64,000 nucleotides of DNA. Origin: a virus. Taxonomy: Duplodnaviria; Caudoviricetes. A program made the position numbers and the translations under genes. This document shows positions 50,103-58,507 of this stretch, piece after piece. Under the pieces are notes generated by a model. It was not told the DNA's origin. It worked only from the letters and a program-made list of their open reading frames with translations, and searched no databases. The stretch covers positions 425 through 64,424 of IMG/VR virus record IMGVR_UViG_3300042453_004186. One strand, 5' to 3'. Numbering within the stretch: the first letter of the stretch is position 1; every line of letters begins with the position of its first letter.

Positions 50103-50920
50103 TGAGTAACATATCTATATTCGGAGGAACCGGGTTCATAGGCTCAGCATTTTACAAAAAATACCCTGATTCAATTATTATGGGTAGAGATGAGGTTAAT
50201 CCTGCTACTAATAATATTTTATACCTAATAAGTACAGTTGATAATTATAATGTATTAACTAACCCTTATATTGATATAGAGACTAATCTTGTTCATCTAA
50301 TGAAGGTGTTAGAGAATTGTAAAGACAGAGATGTTACATTTACATTTATTAGTTCTTGGTTTGTATATGGTAAGACTGGGCTACCAGCAAACGAGAATTC
50401 AATATGTAATCCTAAAGGATTCTATTCTATAACTAAATATGCTGCTGAGCAATTATTAGAGTCATATTGTAAAACATTTGATATCAAATACAAGATTATT
50501 AGACTAGGAAATGTAGTAGGGAAAAATGACAATAAAGTATCTAAAAAGAAAAATGCACTCCAGTTTCTGTTAAACGAAATAAAAGAAAATAATAAAATAA
50601 ACCTATATAACAAAGGCCAATTTTATAGAGATTATATAGACGTTGAAGATGTTGCAGACGGTATTAAATTTATCATAGATAATGGCGAAAACAGCGAGGT
50701 ATATAACCTAGCATCCGGGGTACCAGTACTATTTAAAGACATTATTGACTATGCTTATAGCCAATTAAACTCAACAAGTGAGATTGGGGTAATGGAACCT
50801 ACCGATTTTCATAAGTTGGTCCAAGTTGAATCAATGTATCTAGATACTACAAAATTAAATAATTTAGGTTTTAAACCTTCTAAAAACATTTACCAAATAA
50901 TAGATAACTTAATAAAATGA
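50102..50920 (+). CDS. NAD-dependent epimerase/reductase
   Basis: GGTGFIGS, SSWFVYG, YSITK, RDYIDVED. Confidence 0.88.
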   Translation: MSNISIFGGTGFIGSAFYKKYPDSIIMGRDEVNPATNNILYLISTVDNYNVLTNPYIDIETNLVHLMKVLENCKDRDVTFTFISSWFVYGKTGLPANENSICNPKGFYSITKYAAEQLLESYCKTFDIKYKIIRLGNVVGKNDNKVSKKKNALQFLLNEIKENNKINLYNKGQFYRDYIDVEDVADGIKFIIDNGENSEVYNLASGVPVLFKDIIDYAYSQLNSTSEIGVMEPTDFHKLVQVESMYLDTTKLNNLGFKPSKNIYQIIDNLIK

Positions 50921-51831
50921 TATCATTAGTAATACCTACAGTAAGTAGAACCCGAGAGTACACTGATGCTCTTATTAAAAACATTAGAGAAATTTATCCC
51001 AATGAAAATGAAGTAGAGATTGTTGTTGAGGAAAATGACAATGTAACTATGGGGGTAAATTATAATAACGCTGTAGCCAAGGCCAATGGTGAAAAAATAA
51101 TCCTACTCCATAATGATATGATCCTCAAACCAGGATTTGTCGAAACCATGGACAGAGACATTATTAAAGGTAGAATTGTAACCTACACTCGAGTTGAACC
51201 CCCAGTTTATAACGATATATACCCTGGTAAAATAATACTTGATTGTGGTCGAGATTTAAATTCACTTGACACCGAAAAATTCTATAATCTACCACTAGGA
51301 GAAGAATTGCAGGATGGAGGATCTCAATTATTCTTAGGTTGTTATAAAGAAGATTACATCGGAATTGATGGACATACTTTTAAATTATTCTGTGAGGATG
51401 ATGATTTTCATCTTAGATGTGATATAGCAGGGCTTGAAAGAAAAGTAAGCCCCGCCCAAGTATATCATTTTGTAAGTAAAACATCTCGTACAACAGCCGA
51501 TTACCAACAAATAGAACATAATTCAAATATAAGTTTTGTTAAAAAATGGGGCTTTAGAAACTCTATATACAATGTTGTTTATAAAAAATCTGTAATAATA
51601 CATAACTCTAACCCCCAACTTGATCAGGCTTTGAAACCTTGGTTTAATGGAGGACAAGATATAATTGTTGAAGTTGATGGGGGTGTTTTTAATCAAGATG
51701 ATTTTGATATCATTCAACAATTAAATGATATTATTAAAGAACATGGTGAGATAGGTACATTTGAATTAGGTAATCTAAAAATTACTATTAATTCAATGGA
51801 TGAATATCAAAATGATCTTATTAAAATATAA
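50917..51831 (+). CDS. Glycosyltransferase family 2
   Basis: ISLVIP, LLHND, EDDD, YHFVS. Confidence 0.85.
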   Translation: MISLVIPTVSRTREYTDALIKNIREIYPNENEVEIVVEENDNVTMGVNYNNAVAKANGEKIILLHNDMILKPGFVETMDRDIIKGRIVTYTRVEPPVYNDIYPGKIILDCGRDLNSLDTEKFYNLPLGEELQDGGSQLFLGCYKEDYIGIDGHTFKLFCEDDDFHLRCDIAGLERKVSPAQVYHFVSKTSRTTADYQQIEHNSNISFVKKWGFRNSIYNVVYKKSVIIHNSNPQLDQALKPWFNGGQDIIVEVDGGVFNQDDFDIIQQLNDIIKEHGEIGTFELGNLKITINSMDEYQNDLIKI

Positions 51832-51863
51832 TTTGTCTTATTTATTTTTTGATATTATCTTTA
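51832..51863 (+). promoter_or_regulatory. Bacteroidota-type promoter
   Basis: TTTG-N20-TATCTTTA. Confidence 0.65.
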
Positions 51864-51870
51864 CAAAAGA

Positions 51871-52047
51871 ATGGAATATAAAGAATATTTTTATTACTCA
51901 AACATAGATCCAACCCAAGAGCACCTAGGTAAGTGTACTGCCGGGACTATAGGTATAGCGGTTATTCATTTTGCTTCAATGAAGAAAATGGAAATTAAAG
52001 ATTGGTTACAAATATATTCCGTAAAAGAAAAAGATGAATCTAAATAA
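51871..52047 (+). CDS. Small hypothetical protein (58 aa)
   Basis: Manual translation MEYKEYFYYS...; follows promoter. Confidence 0.55.
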   Translation: MEYKEYFYYSNIDPTQEHLGKCTAGTIGIAVIHFASMKKMEIKDWLQIYSVKEKDESK

Positions 52048-52414
52048 TTTTGGTAGCAAACTCAAATTCAGTAAAAGTGGTAAATCCGAAGAGAAGGAAA
52101 CATTTATTGAGACTGTAGTTCTTCTTGAGCATTGCTGGAGCCGTACTAATGTAATGCATGAGGAATTAGGTATAGATCTTTGGAGCTATGAGGAAACATA
52201 CTATAAAATAATTGAAAACCTAATATTCTTAAAATACAGTGAAAGTACAGCTAACCTAATCATGTGGTATGTATATGATAGATTTGATGCTGACGGAAAA
52301 TTGTTAGGGTTAAACATAACACTCCCGGGTAAAAAACCTAAATTACATATGGTTAAAACACCATTGGATCTTTGGAATTTAATTGAAAAAATAAATAAAA
52401 CAAATAATAAATGA
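52034..52414 (+). CDS. Hypothetical protein
   Basis: ORF track. Confidence 0.7.
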   Translation: MNLNNFGSKLKFSKSGKSEEKETFIETVVLLEHCWSRTNVMHEELGIDLWSYEETYYKIIENLIFLKYSESTANLIMWYVYDRFDADGKLLGLNITLPGKKPKLHMVKTPLDLWNLIEKINKTNNK

Positions 52415-52767
52415 GTAGACAATGTATTACATGCGGGGAAGATATTCACCCAAAACGATTGGAAATTCTACCAGGCACTCAAACTTGTGTGAAACACTCC
52501 ACAGTTGAGAAAAAAGTAGCTGTAACCGTTCAAATGGGTGAAGGCGATCACACTTGGATTGAGACATATGCTGTCGAGAGAGAGGATTATGACAAAATGA
52601 TGGAATTAGAAACTGGGATAAAAAACAAACCCAACCCAATCCCATCAGTACTAGATGATGAAGAGTTTACAGAATGGAACGAAACTATGCTAGATGGCTT
52701 AGACGATGAAGAGTTCCCGGATGTAGAAGAATTTTTAACTGAAGGTTACGCTGAAGAGGAGGAATAA
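52411..52767 (+). CDS. DksA/TraR-type zinc-finger protein with acidic tail
   Basis: CITCGEDIHPKRLEILPGTQTCVKH. Confidence 0.75.
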   Translation: MSRQCITCGEDIHPKRLEILPGTQTCVKHSTVEKKVAVTVQMGEGDHTWIETYAVEREDYDKMMELETGIKNKPNPIPSVLDDEEFTEWNETMLDGLDDEEFPDVEEFLTEGYAEEEE

Positions 52768-53408
52768 TGGCTAAGCCCAAACCCATAACTAAAGAAATGG
52801 TTGTTAGTGCGATGGATAAAACTAAATCCGTTCGTGCTGCGGCCCGTTACTTGAATTGTTCTTATCAACACCTTAAAAAATACATGAAGGTGTATAAGAA
52901 CGAAGATGGGATTTCGTTATTTGAGGCACATAAAAACCAATCTGGTAAAGGTATACCTAAATTCCTTACCCACTCACATTTTAAGAAAAAAGACCCGGCT
53001 ATACTAGATATAATTGAAGGTAGAGTAGACGCATCTCACTTCAACCCACAGAAATTAAAGTATAGAATGATAACTGAGGGTTACTTAAAAGAAGAATGTG
53101 CTAATTGTGGGTTCCATGAAAGACGGGTTTCTGATTATAAGACTCCACTAATAATGCATTTTAAAGATGGTAATAAACAGCACTATAACTTAGGTAATGT
53201 AGAAATGCTTTGCTATAATTGTTATTATCTAATGGTGGGAGAAGTATTTGATAACAAACAAATTGAAGGTTTAGAGGACCACAAACCCACATATAACAGC
53301 CAAGTTGATTGGGAATTAGATGATTATACTAAACAACGATTATTGGAATTAGGACTAGATAAACCCGAACCTAAAGACGACGGATCAGAATTTATTAGTA
53401 GATTCTAA
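52767..53408 (+). CDS. HTH + HNH-like zinc-binding protein
   Basis: SVRAAARYLNCSYQHLKKY; CANCG...HFKDGN..N..MLCYNC. Confidence 0.7.
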   Translation: MAKPKPITKEMVVSAMDKTKSVRAAARYLNCSYQHLKKYMKVYKNEDGISLFEAHKNQSGKGIPKFLTHSHFKKKDPAILDIIEGRVDASHFNPQKLKYRMITEGYLKEECANCGFHERRVSDYKTPLIMHFKDGNKQHYNLGNVEMLCYNCYYLMVGEVFDNKQIEGLEDHKPTYNSQVDWELDDYTKQRLLELGLDKPEPKDDGSEFISRF

Positions 53409-53427
53409 TTAATATTTATCAGTGAGT

Positions 53428-53583
53428 ATGAAAAAGAAGAGGCATAAAGAAATTGAAACGGATTATGAAGCTATCAAGTCTAAACACCTTGAGCGGCTAG
53501 CGGATCAGATTCTTAAAAATGATGAGAAGATGAATCAACTCAAAAGTAAAGAAATTGACCCAAAATTTTTAAACTTATTCTAA
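53428..53583 (+). CDS. Small hypothetical protein (51 aa)
   Basis: Manual translation MKKKRHKEIETDY...; after ATATTTATCA at 53412. Confidence 0.55.
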   Translation: MKKKRHKEIETDYEAIKSKHLERLADQILKNDEKMNQLKSKEIDPKFLNLF

Positions 53584-53584
53584 A

Positions 53585-53926
53585 ATGGCTACAGAAATTA
53601 CCTTAAATAACAGTGAAGAGTTTCAAGAGATGGTGGATAGAAAGGATTTTGTTATATCTAAAGCCGTTGTAGAATCTATTTTATCTAATTTAAACGGACG
53701 AAAAAAACACGTCCATGTTCTATCAGTAAATTGTTTAGAAGAAGAAGCAATATTTGACATAACACTTGAAAGACAGTTTTTTGCTGATACGTTACAAGAA
53801 AACTTAAAATACTATATTGAGCAGGAATTATATGAGGATTGCACTAAAATAGTAGAAGCTATAAATACACTAAAATCAAAACAAACACACACTAAAAATG
53901 GCAAAAGCAAAACAATCAGCGACTAG
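53585..53926 (+). CDS. Hypothetical protein with UVR-like C-terminal motif
   Basis: YIEQELYEDC..I. Confidence 0.65.
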   Translation: MATEITLNNSEEFQEMVDRKDFVISKAVVESILSNLNGRKKHVHVLSVNCLEEEAIFDITLERQFFADTLQENLKYYIEQELYEDCTKIVEAINTLKSKQTHTKNGKSKTISD

Positions 53927-54041
53927 AACATTTATCGCAAAACCAAGAAAGAAAAGACCAGGCGTACATAGCAAGAAAAAGCAAAGTAAGAATAAGAATA
54001 GTAAAAACTATGTTAAGCCTTACAACAAGCAAGGAAAATAA
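53898..54041 (+). CDS. Very basic 47-aa peptide
   Basis: MAKAKQSATRTFIAKPRKKRPGVHSKKKQSKNKNSKNYVKPYNKQGK. Confidence 0.6.
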   Translation: MAKAKQSATRTFIAKPRKKRPGVHSKKKQSKNKNSKNYVKPYNKQGK

Positions 54042-54058
54042 ATTAAACAAAAATAGTT

Positions 54059-54205
54059 ATGAGTAAAAACAGTGCATTACAAAATTACGAGTGTTTAAAG
54101 TCGTATATTCAAGTTCTAGAAGGTAAACGTAAGAAAAAAGAAGTTATCAAACTACGAAACGAGAAAACATACACAACTAAAAACGCTTATAGAAGTGAGT
54201 ATTAA
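54059..54205 (+). CDS. Small basic hypothetical protein (48 aa)
   Basis: Manual translation MSKNSALQNY...; AGTTATG start context. Confidence 0.5.
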   Translation: MSKNSALQNYECLKSYIQVLEGKRKKKEVIKLRNEKTYTTKNAYRSEY

Positions 54206-54350
54206 AACTTATTTAGATACTATCCCGGATGAAGATCTAGTTACTTTAATTGAAGATGATTGGGACAACATCCGGGATTTTTGTATACTATTAACCTTAG
54301 ATATGGAATTGGTGAGGCAAGATACACCATTTTATAATCTTCCCAACTAA
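54195..54350 (+). CDS. Small acidic hypothetical protein (51 aa, GTG start)
   Basis: Manual translation; ends just before terminator. Confidence 0.45.
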   Translation: MSIKTYLDTIPDEDLVTLIEDDWDNIRDFCILLTLDMELVRQDTPFYNLPN

Positions 54351-54353
54351 AGA

Positions 54354-54385
54354 TTTGGCCTACGGGCCTTTCTTTCGTATATTTA
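54354..54385 (+). promoter_or_regulatory. Promoter overlapping terminator
   Basis: TTTG-N20-TATATTTA. Confidence 0.68.
54357..54375 (+). terminator. Intrinsic terminator
   Basis: GGCC-TACG-GGCC + TTTCTTT. Confidence 0.65.
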
Positions 54386-54401
54386 CAGAAAAGCAAATGT
54401 T

Positions 54402-54524
54402 ATGAAACGAGACGTAAAACCAGATGATGTGTTTTTTGTTCTAGCAGCAACAATTGGGGTAGCAGTAATATCAATGTATGCTATATCAGCAGTGTTTAAT
54501 TTAATTGTTTATCTAATAAAATAA
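54402..54524 (+). CDS. Small membrane peptide (40 aa)
   Basis: Manual translation; one hydrophobic helix. Confidence 0.5.
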   Translation: MKRDVKPDDVFFVLAATIGVAVISMYAISAVFNLIVYLIK

Positions 54525-54529
54525 AGGTT

Positions 54530-54781
54530 ATGAGTAAAAAAGTAGGACAAATCACCAACACATGGAAAAAGGCACTTGAATACATTAAGGCCGAAAACAC
54601 TGAAAAAGCAGTTGAAACCCTTGATACATGCTTGTTAATCATAGCCCGAGCCCAAGAAAATGGAGCTACAGAATTAGATGGTAAAGACCTTGACTTATGG
54701 AAAATGAGAGTATGGGTTAAAATTGAAGATCTTGGAGTACTACCAGAAGCAAATCTAGGTTATGAGACGCAAGACATCTAA
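54530..54781 (+). CDS. Hypothetical protein
   Basis: ORF track. Confidence 0.65.
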   Translation: MSKKVGQITNTWKKALEYIKAENTEKAVETLDTCLLIIARAQENGATELDGKDLDLWKMRVWVKIEDLGVLPEANLGYETQDI

Positions 54782-54968
54782 ACCCATAATCGAAGAAGAA
54801 CCACAATTCATAGTACTAAATGAATACTGTCAGGTGTGGACTGGGTTCCGAGAAGGGTGGGCTGAGTTCTCAGATAACATAGATGATGCTAAACCTCTTA
54901 ATAATGATAAGCAACTTAAATGCTTGGAAATATACACTTACCATAAACTAGAAAAGGAATATATATGA
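54762..54968 (+). CDS. Hypothetical protein
   Basis: ORF track, overlapping neighbours. Confidence 0.6.
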   Translation: MRRKTSKPIIEEEPQFIVLNEYCQVWTGFREGWAEFSDNIDDAKPLNNDKQLKCLEIYTYHKLEKEYI

Positions 54969-55303
54969 AACTATTATTAGGAATGTTAGTGGGAGTGTTA
55001 GCTCAAGTATTAACTTTTCTCCAATTACAAGGAAGGTGGAAATATGAGTGGATGAAAACCCATCAGTGGGCTATGGTGTTATTGGGTATACCGATCTCAA
55101 TGCTATTTATGACATCAGTCAGCCTAATGGTACAACATTTTGATGGACAACTGTGGCCATCTAGATTAATAGGTTTTGTCATAGGCACAGTCATGTTTAC
55201 AATTATGTCTGTATCATTATTTGGAGAACCAATAACAATGAAGACAGCTATTTGTTTAGGGTTAAGTTTTATTATATTAATGGTACAATTATTTTGGAAG
55301 TAA
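54965..55303 (+). CDS. Small 4-TM membrane protein (DMT/SMR-like)
   Basis: Four hydrophobic segments; FGEPIT.K motif. Confidence 0.65.
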   Translation: MKLLLGMLVGVLAQVLTFLQLQGRWKYEWMKTHQWAMVLLGIPISMLFMTSVSLMVQHFDGQLWPSRLIGFVIGTVMFTIMSVSLFGEPITMKTAICLGLSFIILMVQLFWK

Positions 55304-55325
55304 TATATGTATATCCATATATTTG
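55293..55325 (+). promoter_or_regulatory. Canonical Bacteroidota housekeeping promoter
   Basis: TTTG-N21-TATATTTG matches TTTG/TAnnTTTG; in-frame GTG 4 nt downstream. Confidence 0.68.
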
Positions 55326-55329
55326 CCGA

Positions 55330-55542
55330 GTGAAAAAAGTATTTAGACAACACATAGATAAAATAATCAAAATACTTAACTCTATAGAAAATGAGGAGCA
55401 GTTGGATTGTGCGAAAACAATAATAAGCAATTTTGTAGATTATTGGAAGTTTAAAAAAGCAGATGTAAAAGAAATTAGAGATAATTTGGCTACATTTAAT
55501 ATGATTTATAAATTTAAAAGGGATAGTTTTTATGAGCAATGA
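55330..55542 (+). CDS. Hypothetical protein (GTG start)
   Basis: 3' part of ORF 55252..55542. Confidence 0.55.
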   Translation: MKKVFRQHIDKIIKILNSIENEEQLDCAKTIISNFVDYWKFKKADVKEIRDNLATFNMIYKFKRDSFYEQ

Positions 55543-55699
55543 AGAGCGCATTGAAGAAATATTTTACCAAGCACATATAGCTGGAGATGTAGACAAACTA
55601 CACCAGTATATAAACGAATATAAAATATCTCACCCTTATAAAACCCAAAATGAAATAATTGAATTAGCCCACTTCAAGGTTAAAACAGATAGAATGTAA
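55532..55699 (+). CDS. Small hypothetical protein (55 aa)
   Basis: Manual translation MSNEERIEEIFY... Confidence 0.55.
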   Translation: MSNEERIEEIFYQAHIAGDVDKLHQYINEYKISHPYKTQNEIIELAHFKVKTDRM

Positions 55700-55716
55700 A
55701 TAAATAAAAAATAAAT

Positions 55717-56043
55717 ATGTTAACAACAATTATCACAGTTATCCTAGTAGTAGGATTATTCGCCGCATTAGGCTACACTACAAACAAAATCAGTTCATTA
55801 GAGGACACAATTGATTCATTACTTGGCGAAAACCAAACACTTCACCAAGAAAAAGAAATGATTGACGCAACACGCCAATTGCTTCGAAATGAAGTAATTG
55901 TACTAAATGCTCAAATTAGAGCAATGGAAGGTAAGTCAATGCATGCTATTATTGATGTTCCTAAAACTGAGGAAACAAAACCTAAAAAGAAAAAGTATTT
56001 TAAGAAAAAGGCAGCCCCTAAAATGTCGGCTGACAAAAAGTAA
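55717..56043 (+). CDS. Membrane-anchored coiled-coil protein with basic tail
   Basis: N-terminal TM, heptad pattern, KPKKKKYFKKK. Confidence 0.7.
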   Translation: MLTTIITVILVVGLFAALGYTTNKISSLEDTIDSLLGENQTLHQEKEMIDATRQLLRNEVIVLNAQIRAMEGKSMHAIIDVPKTEETKPKKKKYFKKKAAPKMSADKK

Positions 56044-56063
56044 TTTATAATTTTTTCATGATT

Positions 56064-56089
56064 AAGGCTTGGATCACCAAGCCTTTTTT
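56064..56089 (+). terminator. Intrinsic terminator
   Basis: AAGGCTTGG-ATCA-CCAAGCCTT + T-run; same stem as 21117. Confidence 0.82.
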
Positions 56090-56099
56090 ATTATATTTA
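56068..56099 (+). promoter_or_regulatory. Promoter overlapping terminator
   Basis: CTTG-N20-TATATTTA. Confidence 0.65.
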
Positions 56100-56118
56100 T
56101 AGTATAATTAAACACATC

Positions 56119-56256
56119 ATGGAAAATAATAATACATTAAACGGCCTATCACTACGACACGTTGCCCAAATAGTGAGGCGCAGAATGATACAGAAGGCAA
56201 AACCTTCAGGTAAAGTATATAATAGAAAGAAATATAAATCAAGTAATGAGGACTGA
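56119..56256 (+). CDS. Small basic protein (45 aa)
   Basis: MENNNTLNGLSLRHVAQIVRRRMIQKAKPSGKVYNRKKYKSSNED. Confidence 0.55.
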   Translation: MENNNTLNGLSLRHVAQIVRRRMIQKAKPSGKVYNRKKYKSSNED

Positions 56257-56461
56257 TGTACTTACTATCAATGGTATACCGTATGTTGTAAAACGTAAAG
56301 TATGGTTTGGTAAATTTGTAGACAACTTAACTGGCCAAACTAGAAACGAACTTATTGATCTATGGAGAGAATATACGGAAGCAGATCAGATATATCATGA
56401 AGGTGAGACATTATTCTTTTTACAAGAAATTAAAGAACCAGAATGGGAGGAAATAATATGA
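56246..56461 (+). CDS. Hypothetical protein
   Basis: ORF track. Confidence 0.65.
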   Translation: MRTDVLTINGIPYVVKRKVWFGKFVDNLTGQTRNELIDLWREYTEADQIYHEGETLFFLQEIKEPEWEEII

Positions 56462-56637
56462 AAAAACTAATTTTATTCTTAATCGTAGCTGCTTTAGCTT
56501 CATGTTCAGCTCCTCAAAAAGGATATGACTATAAACATCATCATAAAAGACAACAGTTGATGTATAAACAAACTAAACGAGTTAATAAAGGTAAAAGCCC
56601 ATTACATCATCAATGTTCACCTAAAAAACATAGGTAA
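56458..56637 (+). CDS. Small lipoprotein
   Basis: MKKLILFLIVAALAS-C lipobox. Confidence 0.6.
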   Translation: MKKLILFLIVAALASCSAPQKGYDYKHHHKRQQLMYKQTKRVNKGKSPLHHQCSPKKHR

Positions 56638-57206
56638 TGACTAGTAGAAAAAATAGATACTTTGATAGAGAAGACCAATTCAGAAGTATTGTTTTAAGTA
56701 ATGATATTGATAATGAATCAGTTGAAGAAGTTATCCAATTCATATTAGATGCTAATGAGTATGATGACGAGCAAGACTCAGTCTCTAAAGATTTTGAGCG
56801 TAAACCTATTAAATTGGTTGTTAATAGTTTTGGTGGGGTGATTTATGATGGTTTTGCTTTAGTAGGTGTAATTGAAAATTCAATAACACCAATTCATACT
56901 TACTGTTATGGTTATGCTATGTCAATGGGGTTACCAATATTTGCTTCTGGTCATAAACGATTCGCAAGTAAATATGCTACATTCATGTATCATGAGGCTT
57001 TAGATACTCACCCATACGATAAGTTATCTATTATTAAAGAGAATTTAGATGAAAGTAATCGTCTTATGAGGCAATACGATTCGTATTTAATCTCAAAAAC
57101 ATCTATATCTCAAAAACAACTAGACGAGGTTAAAAAATCAAGACGTGACTGGTATTTTACAGCTAACGAAGCATTAACATATGGAATTACGGATGAAATT
57201 ATATAA
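56637..57206 (+). CDS. ClpP-like serine protease
   Basis: VNSFGG, YAMSMG (Ser), MYHE (His), RDWYF (Asp), EAL.YG..DEII. Confidence 0.9.
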   Translation: MTSRKNRYFDREDQFRSIVLSNDIDNESVEEVIQFILDANEYDDEQDSVSKDFERKPIKLVVNSFGGVIYDGFALVGVIENSITPIHTYCYGYAMSMGLPIFASGHKRFASKYATFMYHEALDTHPYDKLSIIKENLDESNRLMRQYDSYLISKTSISQKQLDEVKKSRRDWYFTANEALTYGITDEII

Positions 57207-57276
57207 TTGGTGGAAACGATTTGTTAAGAAACATATCATAGCCGAGTGTCCTAAAGAATTAGACGATTTATTTTAA
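57193..57276 (+). CDS. Possible 27-aa peptide
   Basis: MKLYNWWKRFVKKHIIAECPKELDDLF; TAATG coupling to next gene. Confidence 0.35.
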   Translation: MKLYNWWKRFVKKHIIAECPKELDDLF

Positions 57277-57710
57277 TGGAACTAATCACAACTTACATTT
57301 GTAAAAAAGGAGACATTGGTGTACACGACAATATGTTTGGTGGCACCATTATGTCTCTAATTGATGATGCCGCCGCATCATACACCGCCCAAATCTGTGA
57401 TACACAACGGGTTGTTACCTTAAAAATTGATGAGTTAATATTTAAAAAACCAGTCAAGGTAGGTAGTATACTTAAATTATATGGTGAGGTAGTATCATTT
57501 GGAAACACTTCAGTAACAATATACATTGAAGTAAGAAAACATAATGTTTATACAGGGGCACAAGAAACAGTTACCCACACTAAAATTATATTTGTTCGTA
57601 TTGATGATGAAGGTAAACCATTACCTATACACCAGTATGTAAAAGATAGATATTGGGAACGAAAGAAACAATACGGAAAGGGACTATTGAATCCTGACGA
57701 GAAAAAATAA
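57276..57710 (+). CDS. Hotdog-fold acyl-CoA thioesterase
   Basis: NMFGG.IMS.ID.AA, VVT, FKKPV.VG, GNTS, FVRID..GKP. Confidence 0.9.
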   Translation: MELITTYICKKGDIGVHDNMFGGTIMSLIDDAAASYTAQICDTQRVVTLKIDELIFKKPVKVGSILKLYGEVVSFGNTSVTIYIEVRKHNVYTGAQETVTHTKIIFVRIDDEGKPLPIHQYVKDRYWERKKQYGKGLLNPDEKK

Positions 57711-57735
57711 TCATATATTTATAATAAAATAAACT

Positions 57736-58446
57736 ATGGCATTTAACGTATACGAGTGGAGACGCAATCAATTACTAACTGAGAGTAGTATTCATCCCGA
57801 TCCAAAAGATTTAACAACTAATCCTGAGGCAGATATTAAACAGTATCGTGAACAATTATTCCAACGACTTTTAAAAGATCTAGGAGACAATCCTAAAGCA
57901 ATTGAGATCATAAAGAGACAAATGGGAGATATTAATGAAAATGAAGATTCATCATCTGTTATTGTTAAAAAAATTAAAGACTTAACATGGGAAGATGTTG
58001 ACGGTTTAGCTTTACCTACAAAAACATCTGGGGTATTAAGAGCAATGAAGGCTACTAAAGATTTAGATTCATGGAAGAATGAATTTAAAGGCAATGAACT
58101 AGAATTAGAAGTAACAGTTGATAAAGGTGCCGATATGTGGTTTAATAAGGTTAAAATTGAAAAATTGACCCAAAGCGACCCAATGGGATTCCAAGCTAAA
58201 ATAGATGCTAAAAAAGGTAAAAAATCTGGTTTAGATGAAATAGAAGGTGACCCTGATGATTACTATGGATATAATGAACCTTATGATCATAGTGTAGAAG
58301 CTGATGACTTTGGGTATAATAATGATAAAGTTGCTTTCGTAGCAGATGCTTTACAAGTTGCTTGGAATATGGGTAAAGGAAATAATGAACTTGATTTTGA
58401 AGATATGGCTAGATCAACTGTTAAAGATTTAGAAACTAGATTCTAA
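57736..58446 (+). CDS. Hypothetical acidic protein (possibly virion-associated)
   Basis: ORF after ATATTTATAA at 57715, followed by a terminator. Confidence 0.65.
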   Translation: MAFNVYEWRRNQLLTESSIHPDPKDLTTNPEADIKQYREQLFQRLLKDLGDNPKAIEIIKRQMGDINENEDSSSVIVKKIKDLTWEDVDGLALPTKTSGVLRAMKATKDLDSWKNEFKGNELELEVTVDKGADMWFNKVKIEKLTQSDPMGFQAKIDAKKGKKSGLDEIEGDPDDYYGYNEPYDHSVEADDFGYNNDKVAFVADALQVAWNMGKGNNELDFEDMARSTVKDLETRF

Positions 58447-58471
58447 TAATCTAAAAACATATTAAATAAAA

Positions 58472-58503
58472 CTGGGCCTTCGGGCCCTTTTTTCGTACAT
58501 TTA
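58472..58503 (+). promoter_or_regulatory. Promoter overlapping terminator
   Basis: CTGG-N20-TACATTTA, ATG 4 nt downstream. Confidence 0.6.
58474..58493 (+). terminator. Intrinsic terminator
   Basis: GGGCC-TTCG-GGCCC + T6. Confidence 0.82.
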
Positions 58504-58507
58504 CAGC

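Noticed and set aside
30137-51831. Bacterial O-antigen/capsule locus, meaning the window is host chromosome
   Set aside because: No wzx/wzy/wzm or initiating transferase; contiguous with T4-like genes and flanked by the same promoter motifs.
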